NCBI GenBank assembly: GCA_043228905.1
Contig: JBHGNT010000002.1
Span: forward strand, 8,370,001-8,434,000
Direction: 5' to 3'
DNA length: 64,000 bases
Source of the DNA: Azolla caroliniana
Taxonomy: Eukaryota; Plantae; Polypodiophyta
In this document: positions 25,087 through 36,045 of the stretch, piece after piece
Numbering within the stretch: position 1 is the first letter of the stretch
Layout of the letters: every line of letters starts with the position of its first letter
Made by a program: the position numbers and the translations under genes
The notes under the pieces: model-generated
Database searches by the model: none
Seen by the model: the letters and a program-made list of their open reading frames with translations, nothing else
Told to the model about the DNA's origin: nothing

Positions 25087-26694
25087 TGTCGTGTTGTTAC
25101 GCTCTCGCGTATGAAATAAGGTGGGACCGCGGGGGCCTTGAACCGAGGAGTGTGAGAGAGAAGAGCGAGAGAGATTCGCAGAAACACAGAGAGACCGAAC
25201 GAAAGAATCAATTCCAATAACAGTATAGATTACAGAACTTGCAATGTTACAACTGGCAAGCCGGTGACAGACTCAACACAGACGAACACACGCACTAAAA
25301 TACACAATGGAGCCTCTATCGGAAGCACACAGGCTTTCACGCAGCAGAGGCAACCAGCCTAACCCAAAATCCCTGCAGAAGCAGCAACGAAAGTGGAGGA
25401 GAGAGCTCTGTTCCCAGTCCGACAACATTTCTTCCTCTCAAAATTGCACGATCCTTGTATCAGTCTTCTCCCCTCCCTTTTATAGGTCGCCGAGGAAGAC
25501 CTTTACACCCTCAGTTACATACATTTATCCTCTGTCCCGTCGGATAGAGATACTCTTGGCTTCCCTAGACAATTAATGCGTACTACCTAGTATATTTACA
25601 TCAGCTGAATCAGACCTAGTTATGTACAACTTAATAAATAGTGCTGCCATGCGAGGGTCGGTTCCTGCGTCTTTTCCCCCCTGTTTCCTCCTATGGCCAG
25701 TTTTCTCCACGACATCCACCCCCACCAAATCGCGCATCCACCGGTATGTGCCGGAGAGGAACAATTACTAGAGAAACCGGCTCGCCTCTACTTGTCGCTC
25801 CCCAATCCTTCGTCCGCTCTGAACCGATCGTCATCGTCGCCCTCGCTCCCCGGGTCCGGCTCGTTCTCGTGCCGCTTCTTGAACGCCTTGATCTGCTTCC
25901 CGGCTACCAGTACTGTTAACCGCATCCGTCGAGCTCCGCAAGATGGTAGGTGCCATTGTCGTTCGTGCTCGTTTCGGCGTAGGGCCCGATCCACCTCCTC
26001 GTGAATTTGTGCGTCACCTTGTGCTGTTTGTCGAGGCTGCTGTCGTACACCAACACCTAGTCGCCTTTTTCGATCTTCTTTGGCCATAGCTGGTGTGTTC
26101 GGTCGAACCGGCCTTTGTTCCTCTCCCTCGCCGTTTGCAACTTCACCTTTGCCTGCTCCACGTCCTCCGGTCTTCACTTGAGCTGTCGAATCCGCACCGC
26201 TCATAGCTCTTCCTGGCTCATCTCGTTCCTCCAATCTATCGGTGACAGACTCAACACAGACCAACACACGCACTGAAATATGCAGTGGAGCCTCTACCGG
26301 AAGCACACAGGCTTTCACGCAACAGAGGCAACCAACCTAACCCAAAATCCCTGCAGAGGCAACAACGAAAGTGAAGGAGAGAGCTCGGTTCCCAATCTGA
26401 CAACATTTCGTCCTCTCAAAATTGCGTGATCCCTGTATCAGTCTTCTCCCCTCCCTTTTATAGGCCGCCGCGGAAGACTATTACACCCTCGGTTACATAC
26501 ATTTATCCTCTGTCCTGTTGGACAAAGATACTCTTGGATTCCCTAGACAATTAATGCGTACTACCTAGTATATTTACATCAACTGAATCAGACCTAGTTA
26601 TGTACAACTTAATAAATAGTGCGGCCACACGTAAGGGTCGGTTCCTGCGTCTTTTCTCCCCTGTTTCCTCCTATGGCCGGTTTTCTCCACGACA
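25087..26694 (-). mobile_element. Internally deleted gypsy (Phygy-like) element
   Basis: TGTCGTG...CACGACA ends with a 4-bp TSD ATGT. The 3' LTR is 25087-25714, preceded on minus by the PPT GGTGGGGGTGGA. A partial 5' LTR lies at ~26240-26694. The remnant encodes an integrase tail (GTYHLAELDG, VAGKQIKAFKKR). Confidence 0.9.
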
Positions 26695-27453
26695 ATGTGA
26701 CAAAGGTGCTTTAGAGGTTCAACATGGTAGATGCAAAGCTAGTTGGGTCAACACCGCCAATGAACTGCTAGCTATCCGGAAAACAGAACCCGAGGACGAA
26801 GGTAGAGAAGTTGGATATGATGAAGATACTATATGCCTCTACCATCGAAAGCTTGATGTATGCAATGGTGTGCACCCGACCGGATATTGCTTATGATGTA
26901 GGAGTAGGACTCAGCCGATTCACGAGCAATCCGGGAAGAGAACACTCGAACGCAATCAAGTGGATACTCCGGTACTTGAAAGGGACCTCGAGTATGTGCC
27001 TCCGGTTCAACTCACGTAAACCCCAACTGGAAGGCTTTACGGATTTAGATATGTCCGTTGATGCGGATACCAACCGGTCCACATCCGGATACGTCATGAC
27101 ATATGCAGGGGGAACTGTATCGTGGTAGTCGAGGGTGCAGAAGTCCATTGCACTATTAACAACAGAAGCGGAGTACATGGCTGCTGTGGAAGCCGGCAAG
27201 GAAGTAATCTAGATGAAGGACTTCATCGGAGAGCTAGGGATTCGACAGGAGTACTAGCTCTACTGTGACAGCCAAAGTGTCATCCACCTTGCTAAGAATG
27301 CGGCGTACCATTCCCGGAACAAGCACATCCAGAGAAGATATCACTGGCATCGAGAGAAGGTAGAAGATCAAAACTTCGCGCTGACGAAGATCCACACGGA
27401 GAATGGGTCGGATATGTTGACTAAGGTGCTGTTAGCCGATAAACTGGACACGT

Positions 27454-28620
27454 TGTTGTGAAGAAAACCGGCCTTAGGCGGAATCGGGGGAAAACGGGGG
27501 CAAGAACCGGCCCTTACGTGTGTGCACACAAACAAACACTTTGTACATAACTAGGAATAGTTCGGTTGATGTAAATATATACTAGGTAGTACACAATCAT
27601 TAGCTAGGAAATTGATGCGTATACCAGTCCGAAGGGACAGGGAATAAGGGTGATGTGACCAGGATGTAACGGCTTGTCTCCGACGGCCTATGAAAGGTAG
27701 GAGAGGAGACCAAACATGATATCGCGTTTTGGGCAAGGACGAGGTGCTGTCGGATTGGGAATCGAACCCTCTCCTCCTCTATCTATCGTTATTCTCTGCA
27801 AGTTTTCTGAGTCGGTTGCCTCTGCTTCGAGGAAAGCCCGTGTGCTTCCGGTAGAGGCTCCACTGCATGTGTGGGGTGTGTGATCGTCTGGGTAGGGTCT
27901 GTCACCGGCTAGCCGGTTGTAATCTTGCAAACACTATAATCGTTACTGATATTGTAATTGAGTCTCCTGTTTTTCGTCTATTTGTGTTTCTGTGAGTCTC
28001 CCTCTTTCCCCGCGAGCGTGCTTCTTGGTCAGTCGGTATATGTGTTGGTGGTTCAATCAGCCGGCAAGCGGTGTCGGTTGTAAATAGACCTAACCTGCCA
28101 TTCCCGTGCGCACTTCTCCCTTCCTCTTCTTTCTCTTGCTCCTCGGTTCAGGGCCCCCGCTGTCCCGCCTTATTTCCACATGAAAGCGAAATAGCACGAC
28201 ATAATTTGGTGAACCCGACGTCAACAAGGTGGTAGAGGAGTCGAAGATGAGGGGATCGGAGCTCGCTGAAGCCATGGCGACAATAGTCGATCGGATAGTA
28301 AGTGCTCGCGAGGGCACGAGCACCCTTGACAGAACCATTGAAGCAATTCTCGGCACAATAGGCCGGTTCGGTGGGAAGAACGCCACGAGCTATTTGGAGT
28401 CCTACCAAACTGAGATGGTGATGAGGGACATTCAGGAAGACAAGCGGCTGGCCGGATTCCCTCGGGTGGCAACACCGGTCATTCACGCGGAGGTGCTCGA
28501 GGTGCAGGCCAAATGCCAGACCTGGGAAGAGTTCGAGGAGAGGCTCCTCGAAAGGTATGGGCTGGATGACACGCTTTGACTATCGAAGTGAGATTTCTGA
28601 CAAGAACTGCTCGCTCCCTA
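27454..28620 (+). mobile_element. Gypsy (Phygy-like) 5' LTR 27454-28201, tRNA-Trp PBS and truncated gag
   Basis: The LTR is homologous to the reverse complement of 25087-25714. PBS TGGTGAACCCGACGT is at 28207-28221. The gag ORF is 28229-28579. Confidence 0.88.
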
Positions 28621-31072
28621 TGCGCAACGCTCGGCCATAACCGAGCTTAGAATCAAACACCGAAAACGGGAAATGAAAAGCACGACACAATGGAAGAGAA
28701 GAGTACACATGATATTTACGTGGAAAACCCAAACTAGGGAAAAACCACGGCAGCCCACAGGCTGCAAACTATCACTATGTTACAATGTACAATAGTGAAG
28801 CACCGAGGCAACAACCTCGAGCTTTCTATCTTCGCCATTGGCGGCGGTTACAACAGAGGCAATGACCTCTTCCTCTCTCTCTCTCTCTGTACACAGTTAC
28901 GCGCTTTGATCTTGCACCAACAAGATTGACAACAACAATCATCCTAATCATCATTTGCCCTAAGTCATATTTATACTAATATGACTTTTCAGCTATTTAC
29001 AAATATAGCCTCGATGGACTCTCAGAAACATATTTACGAATATGTCCCTTCATCCGGTGAGCACTTCTCACCGGGCCTTCACCATCCGGCTCTTACCGGG
29101 TACTCCTCATCCGGTTCCCACCGGGTCTTCCATAGCCGGGTACTCTTCATCCGGTTCTCACCGGGTACTCCTCATCCGGTTCCCACCGGGTCTTCCGTAG
29201 CCGGGTACTCTTCATCTGGTTCTCACCGGGTCTTCACCATCTAGAGGGACCTGTTTCCTAACAAACTCCCCCTTCACTTTGGCATGGGATGTCTTACTAG
29301 TCCGATCCGCTTCCGACATGCATCCAGCTTGTCGGGTATCAGTACTTTGGTCAGCATATCTGACCCGTTCTCAGCCGTGTGGATCTTCGTCAGCGCGAAC
29401 TCCTGGTCATCTACTCTTTCCCAGATCCAGTGATACCTTCGCTGGATATGCTTCGTCCGGGAATGGTAGGCCACATTCTTAGCAAGCTGGATGGCACTTT
29501 GACTGTCGCAATAGAGCCGGTATTCATCTTGCCGGATACCGAGCTCTCCGATGAAGTCCTTCATCCATAATATTTCCTTGCCAGATTCCACAACCGCCAT
29601 GTACTCCGCCTCCGTGGTTGACAACGCAATTGTCTTCTGCAGCCTCGACTGCCACGAAACACCTCCCCCTTCATATGTCATTACATACCCAGATGTAGAC
29701 CGGCTGGTATCCACATTAGCCGACATGTCCGAATCGGTAAAACCGTCAAGTTGAGGTTTACCGGAGCCGAATCAGAGACACATGTTCGAAGTGCCCTTCA
29801 AGTACCGGAGTATCCATTTGACCGCGTTCCAGTGCTCCTTGCCGGGATTGCTCATAAACTGGTTCACTACTCCGATTGCATATCCTATATCCGGTCGGGT
29901 ACACACCATTGCGTACATTAAGCTCCCGACGATAGAGGCATATGGAACCTTCATCATATCCGCCTCCTCTGCTTTCGTCTTCGGGCTTTGCTTACCGGAT
30001 AACTTGCAATTTGCCGAAAGTGACGATCCGACTGGTTTCGCATCTGACATGTTGAACCGTTGAAGCACCTTTGTCACGTACTTCTCCGTGATAGCCACAA
30101 TTGCTTTGTTGGCCGGTTCCGGATGATATGCATCCCTAGCATCTGTCTTGCCGGACCCAAGTCTTTCATTGAGAAGGTTCGGTTGAGAGCCTTCTTCAAG
30201 ATGCGTATTTTGTCTTGGTCCCGTCTGACGATCAACATGTCGTCCACGTACAGAAGGAGTATCAGGAAGTCGCCTCCTTCGAACTTCTTCACAAACACGT
30301 AGTGATCAGCTTGCGTCTTGTGGTACCCTTGATCGGTCATGAAGGAGTCGAACTTCCGGTACCATTGTCGGGGAGCCTGCTTCAGTCCATCTAAGCTCTT
30401 CTTCAACCGGCAAACCAGACGCTCCTTCCCTTTCTCCACAAATACTGCCGGTTGCTGCATGTAGATCTCCTCTTCAAGGTCACCGTGAAGGAATGTCGAC
30501 TTCACGTCCAGCTGCTCTACCTTGAGGTCCATGCTTGTCGCTATACTCAACACCATTCGAATGGAGGTCATCTTTACTACCGGGGCAAATATCTCGTCGA
30601 AATCCACGCCCTTCTTCTGTTGGAACCCCTTCACCATGATCCTGACTTTGTATCTCGGGGGGTTGCCACCATCTCCCGGTTTCAACTTGTACACCCACTT
30701 GTTTTGGAGTGCCCGCTTTTCTTTCGGCAACTCCACCAATTCGTACGTATGGTTCTCATGGAAGGAATCCATCTCATCCTGCATGGCACTTAACCATTTT
30801 CGGCTGTGGGTGTCATCCTTCGCTTCTTCAAAGCTTTCTGGCTCCCCCTCATCGGTTAGCAACACATGCTCTGCATCCGGAAATCTCCGGGGGCCCCTTC
30901 TCTCTCTGAGAGGATATCTCCGTCTTTGGGCTTTGGTAACCGGATCCTCCATTTTCTCTTCATCCGAATCCTATTCGGGGTCTTGGCCGGTTCCGGTTTC
31001 AACTTCCTCTACTTCTTCTTCTGCCGGTTCGGCATCCTCACCGTAACCGGCTGGTTCCTCGAGTCTGGCCGG
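28621..31072 (-). mobile_element. Copia element, 3' half (RT, RNase H, PPT, 3' LTR 28621-29263); left arm of an inverted structure
   Basis: ORFs 30074-30952, 29772-30098 and 29274-29726 encode RT and RNase H. The PPT AAGGGGGAGT is adjacent to the LTR, and the LTR contains short CCGG-rich tandem repeats. Confidence 0.92.
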
Positions 31073-31106
31073 TTTGGCATGTACCTTCATTCCCTTCCGG
31101 TCCGGC

Positions 31107-33345
31107 CCCCTCCGGATGGGGAATGAAGGTACATGCCGAATTGTCGACATAGGAGACGTATGGCTGACAACACCAACCGGATGCAAGCTGCTGCTGAAGG
31201 ATGTCCGACACGTTCCGGTGGTTCGACTAAACCTGATATCAACTGGTCGGCTAGATGATGAAGGCTACACGGGTAGCATTCAGAACGGTGTTATGAAGTT
31301 CAGCAAAGGGAGCCTGATTGTGGCTCGGACCCGGAAGGTAAACACGTCGTACCTGATGAATGCCCGGTTATGTCCGCAAGAAGTGAACATGGCATCCGAC
31401 ACTGCCGGGGAGTTGTGGCACAAGAGGCTGTGTCACATGAGCGAGAAGGGGATGAAGAGGCTTGCAGACGACAACCTCATTCCAGTGAAGAACGTGCACT
31501 TGGAGAAGTGCACTGATTTTCTGGCCGGTAAGCAAAACCGGACCTCCTTCTGACCAAGGCTATCGATGAGACGTAATGCACCACTGGAGTTGGTGCATAC
31601 TGACGTGTGTCAAGTGGACACGAAGTCAGATGCAGGATCGCAGTACTCCGTGACATTCATAGATGACCACAGCCGGAAGCTGTGGGCCACACCGTTGAAG
31701 ATGAAGGATCAGGTGCTATTCGTCTTCAAAGAGCTCCACGCGAGAGTGGAAAGAGAAACCAGCCGGAAGCTGAAGGCAGTTCGAGTAGATAACGGAGGAG
31801 AATACCGGGGGCAGTTCGAGGAGTACTATCGCTCGAAGGGAATCTGGCTCGAATTTACCGTGCCGAAGGCGCCGGAACTAAACGGGCTGGCCGAGAGGAT
31901 GAACCGGACCATAATGGAGACGGTCCGGAGAATGCTGGCGCATGCAAAATTACCCAAGAAGTTTTGGGCTGAGGCACTGTCGACAGCGACATATGTGATA
32001 AACACATCACGCTCAGTACCCTTGGACGGAGAGACACCGCAGAGAGTATGGACTGGTAAAGAAGTGTCCTACCGGCATTTGAAGGTGTTCGGGTGTCTCA
32101 CGTACATGCATGTAGCTAAGGACCGGAGAGGAAACTTGGATCCAAAGACTCGGCCATGCATATTCCTCGGTTACGGCGACGATGAGTTCGGCTACCGAGT
32201 GTGGGACCCGGTCGACAAGAAGGTATTCTGGAGTCGAGATATTATCTTCATGGAGGACAAGACGCTCGCCGATTGGGAGTCGGAGAAGAAGATAATGAAC
32301 TCCGAGTCGACCGGTAAGGATCGATTCTACGATGAGCAGACCCAACCGACAAGAGACCGGTCAGCACTCGAGGAACCAGCCGGTTACGGTGAGGATGCCG
32401 AACCGGTAGAAGAAGAAGTAGAGGAAGCTGAAACCGAAACCGGCCAAGACCCCGAATCGGATTTGGATGAAGAGCAAATGGAGGAGCCGGTTACCGAAGC
32501 CCAAAGACGGAGATATCCTCTCAGAGAGAGAAGGGCCCCCAGAGATTTCCGGATGCAGAGCATGTGCTGCTAATCGATGAGGGGGAGCCAGAAAGCTTCG
32601 AAGAAGCGAAGGATGACACCCACAGCCGAAAATGGTTAAGTGCCATGCAGGATGAGATGGATTCCCTGCATGAGAACCATACGTACGAATTGGTGGAGTT
32701 GCCGAAAGGAAAGCGGGCACTTCGAAACAAGCGGGTGTACAAGTTGAAACCAGGAGATGCCGACAACCCTCTGAGATACAAAGCCAGGATCGTGGTGAAG
32801 GAGTTCCAACAGAAGAAGGGCGTGGACTTCGACGAGATATTTTCCCCGGTAGTAATGATGACCTCCATCTGGACGGTGCTGAGTATAGCAGCAAGCATGG
32901 ACCTCGAGGTAGAGCAGCTAGACGTGAAGACGACATTCCTTCACGGTGACCTCGAAGAGGAGATCTACATGCAGCAACCGGAAGGATTCGTGGAGAAAGG
33001 GAAGGAACGTCTAGTTTGCTAGCTGAAGAAGAGCCTCTACGGGTTGAAGCAAGCCCCCCAGCAATGGTACCGGAAGTTCGACTCCTTCATGACCGATCAA
33101 GGGTACCACAAGACGCAGGCCGATCACTGTGTGTTTGTGAAGAAGTTCGACATGTCAGATGCGAACCGGCCAACGAAGCAATTGTGGTTGTCATATGAGA
33201 AGTACGTGACAAAGGTGCTTCAGAGGTTCAACATGTCAGATGCGAAACCGGTCGGATCGACACTCCCGACAAACTGCAGATTATCCGGTAAGCAAAGCCC
33301 GAAGACGAAAGCAGAGAAGGCTGATATGATGAAGTTTCCATATGC
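31107..33345 (+). mobile_element. Copia element, internal part (pre-integrase, integrase, partial RT); right arm of the inverted structure
   Basis: ORFs 31074-31553, 31566-32573 and 32564-33022 encode LWHKRLCH, VHTDVC and DNGGEY. The YVDD region is deleted at ~33150. Confidence 0.92.
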
Positions 33346-34068
33346 AAGGGCGGACCTACCGAGAGCCGAACAAACGTCATCCAAGGAGCAACAGTCGGAG
33401 GAGCCGGAGCCGGAGCAACAACAGCAACAACAGATTCCCGAAGAACCATTGGACACCCTGGAGCAGAGTATTTTGGATATCTTGGACGAAGACTAAGGGG
33501 TCGGATAGTGTGATTCAACGTACAAGGTATTGTCCCACGAGCGGGCCATGTGTTTACCCAGCCGGCAAAGGAGTTAAATACCAGAATGTGAAAGGGATTG
33601 TATATTCGGAATCTATTATAATTAAGTAGTTATGAGACGTGAACGGACGTACCGGAATCGGTATTCCGATCCGGATCCGGACTGGTTCCGAACAAGTGCC
33701 GGTTGGCACCGTTTTGTACTCCGCACCGGTGACCTATATAAAGGCCCGGTTACAATGTAAAACGGGGACGGATAATTAATAGAGCTTCTTGTTTTATCTT
33801 TAAGTGTTGATTACCGTTCTGTGCTAATTGTTCTATCATACGCGTGTATCAAGTCTAATGCCATATTGCTAAGTAACCAATTAAAGTCTGATTAATCGTT
33901 GAGTCTTAAGTTATCTCGCCATAGCACCCCTTTGGTGAAGTGTCTTCCGTAGACACCTTGTGTTAGGCCATTGTCCGGCCCTAAGGAATAACAGGCACCC
34001 TTCTTTCTCTCTCTCCTTTCGTATTTCTTATATCTTTTATCCTTATCATATGCTTACGTTAGATCATA
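33346..34068 (+). mobile_element. 3' end of another LTR element (acidic ORF tail, PPT, LTR ~33509-34068)
   Basis: Stop at 33496; PPT AAGGGGTCGGATAG; imperfect terminal inverted repeat TGTGATTCAACGTA...TACGTTAGATCATA; internal TATATAAA. Confidence 0.65.
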
Positions 34069-34069
34069 A

Positions 34070-34560
34070 CTCTAACATGTTGATTGCAAGAAGCAATCAA
34101 GCAAAGATCGGAAAGTTGAAGCGGAGCCTTCATGACAAGTTTGAGATCAAAGAACTCAGACAAGCTCATCACATACTGGGCATGAGGATTGAACGAAATC
34201 GGTTGGCCAAGACTCTCCGACTCTCCTAGTCTGACTATATCTGAAAGTTGTTGAAGCGCTTCAACATGGAGAATGTGAAGCCAGCTCCAACACCACTTCC
34301 GATGTCGATCCGACTATCGGACAGAGACTCTCCTTCAACGGACAAGGAGAGAGAGCTTAATGAAAGATGCCCTACGCATTGGCCGTAGGAATTATCATGT
34401 ACGCAATGGTGGCGACCCAACCCGACCTAGCCTATGCCGTAGGGGTCGTCAGCCGGTACATGTCAAATCCAAGACGGAAGCATTGAGAGGCCGTCAAGCA
34501 CATCGTCATGTACTTGAGAGGGACCGAAGATACACAACTGACTTTCGGTTTGACAACATT
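34070..34560 (+). mobile_element. Degenerate copia RT fragment from a different family
   Basis: Translations HILGMRIERNR, RFNMENVKPAPTP and PDLAYAVGVVSRYMSNP. Confidence 0.8.
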
Positions 34561-35202
34561 GGCATAAAAGGCTAACTCCTTCTTTGGATCCTAGTGTGAA
34601 CTCGTCCATGTAGTTAGGGCTTAGTATATAAGCGATAACCTAATGTTGTAAAAGAGAACCTAGAGTCTATGTGAGAGAGAGAACGTAATAACAAAGCTTC
34701 CATTAAAGCTTAAACCGCATATATCTTCTGTCTATTCTTAAAGCACATACGACGAGTCCTCACATACGTTTCCGCAAGCACATTGGACCATCACATTTAG
34801 TGGTTGTTCAAGGTTGAACAATCAACAAATTTATTGTAGATGTTGGTTGTGTTGATTCATTTATGTTGTCATGTTGTAAGGAGTGTTAATTGTTATTGTA
34901 AGAGGAGATGTGCAAGCAAAGGATTGAACAAGAGGAATTTCCAAAGAATAGGTTTGAGTAGTCATGGGTCTTTCCGTTTAACTGATATGGAGTAACCATG
35001 ATAGATTACTTTATGATCCATATGCTTTGATGCATAGGCGCCCTATAGGTGTGAAATGTGAAGTAGGAAACATTGGTGGGATAGATATGGTGGGGTTTGG
35101 GAATGTGCGTGAGAGGCATAAATTAGGTGAACATGAAGGTGAGGGAAGTCTCAAGGAATTACCCTATTCGTGTTGCATCAGTTCGATATCGGGTGGGATG
35201 CA

Positions 35203-35290
35203 TCTTTTTTTCTTTTTCTTTTTCTTTTTCTTTTTCTTTTTCTTTTTCTTTTTCTTTTTCTTTTTCTTTTTCTTTTTCTTTTTCTTTTTC
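35203..35290. repeat. (TTTTTC)n microsatellite
   Basis: About 14 consecutive units, read directly. Confidence 0.97.
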
Positions 35291-36045
35291 ATAAAGGATA
35301 TCCATTCATTATTATAAAGCAATTGACATTGTTTTGATTCTCAAGTGATCGGTGGAAGAAACAACCATCTTCATGGACGAAAGTGCCGAAAATTATTAAT
35401 GTCTTTCAAGGACATAACTGAAGAAGCTTTTCATAGAGTAAGAAATTGATGGTGTTGAGCAACTTTAGCTATATAATCTCCAATAAGACATCGGATTCCC
35501 ATTATCCTTTTTATGTACGGATCATGTCCAACCTAATATTATGTACCATTTTAACGGGTGAGGCTCTATCTTGACGGAATATGAGTAATGAGCCTTCCAC
35601 ATGTAATATATAGTGGCACTACTCAATAACTCCCTACCAAATCCATCTTGTGACCAAGTACATTCAAACTTCACTCGGAAACTTACTTGGAGATCTATAC
35701 ATGAACTTGCGCACCCAAAGCTTTTTGTGGCAATGTTACTAACGTCATCTCAAGTTGGTGAAGCCTTTGAGGTAATTCCTCGTTTTCTTAAGCTTTCTCA
35801 ACATGCACTTGTATATTTTTGTTCACTTGCTACTACCATGTCATGATTATGAGAAAATCAGCATGAAGTTCCTCATGAAAAAAGCAATGAAGAAGGGTAG
35901 ATTTTGGTTGAAATTATCATAGCCTAGCCAACAACAAGATCGAATTGAAAAGGAGAATAAGAAGAGGGAAATCAAAAAAATTGTAAGTATATTAACAATA
36001 AGAACAATATAACAAGTAGAATCAAAATGGTTCATCAATACTAGA

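Larger units (their letters stand above)
21340..27453 (+). mobile_element. Ty1/copia element A (Tnt1/TAR-Tork-like), degenerate, interrupted at 25087 and 27454
   Basis: A partial LTR ends at 21525 and is followed by PBS TGGTATCAGAGC (21529-21540). Gag starts at 21550. It has a CCHC-like knuckle, integrase, RT (LLLYVDDML) and RNase H. The left boundary is approximate. Confidence 0.92.

Noticed and set aside
29051-29240. CCGG-rich repeats resembling a CRISPR-like array
   Set aside because: There are no unique spacers, and the repeats lie inside a copia LTR in a eukaryotic context.
35027-35317. Poly-Phe ORF
   Set aside because: It is a translation of the (TTTTTC)n microsatellite.
35300-36040. 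Possible decayed host-gene fragment on the minus strand
   Set aside because: It is full of stops and the family was not recognisable; BLASTX is needed.
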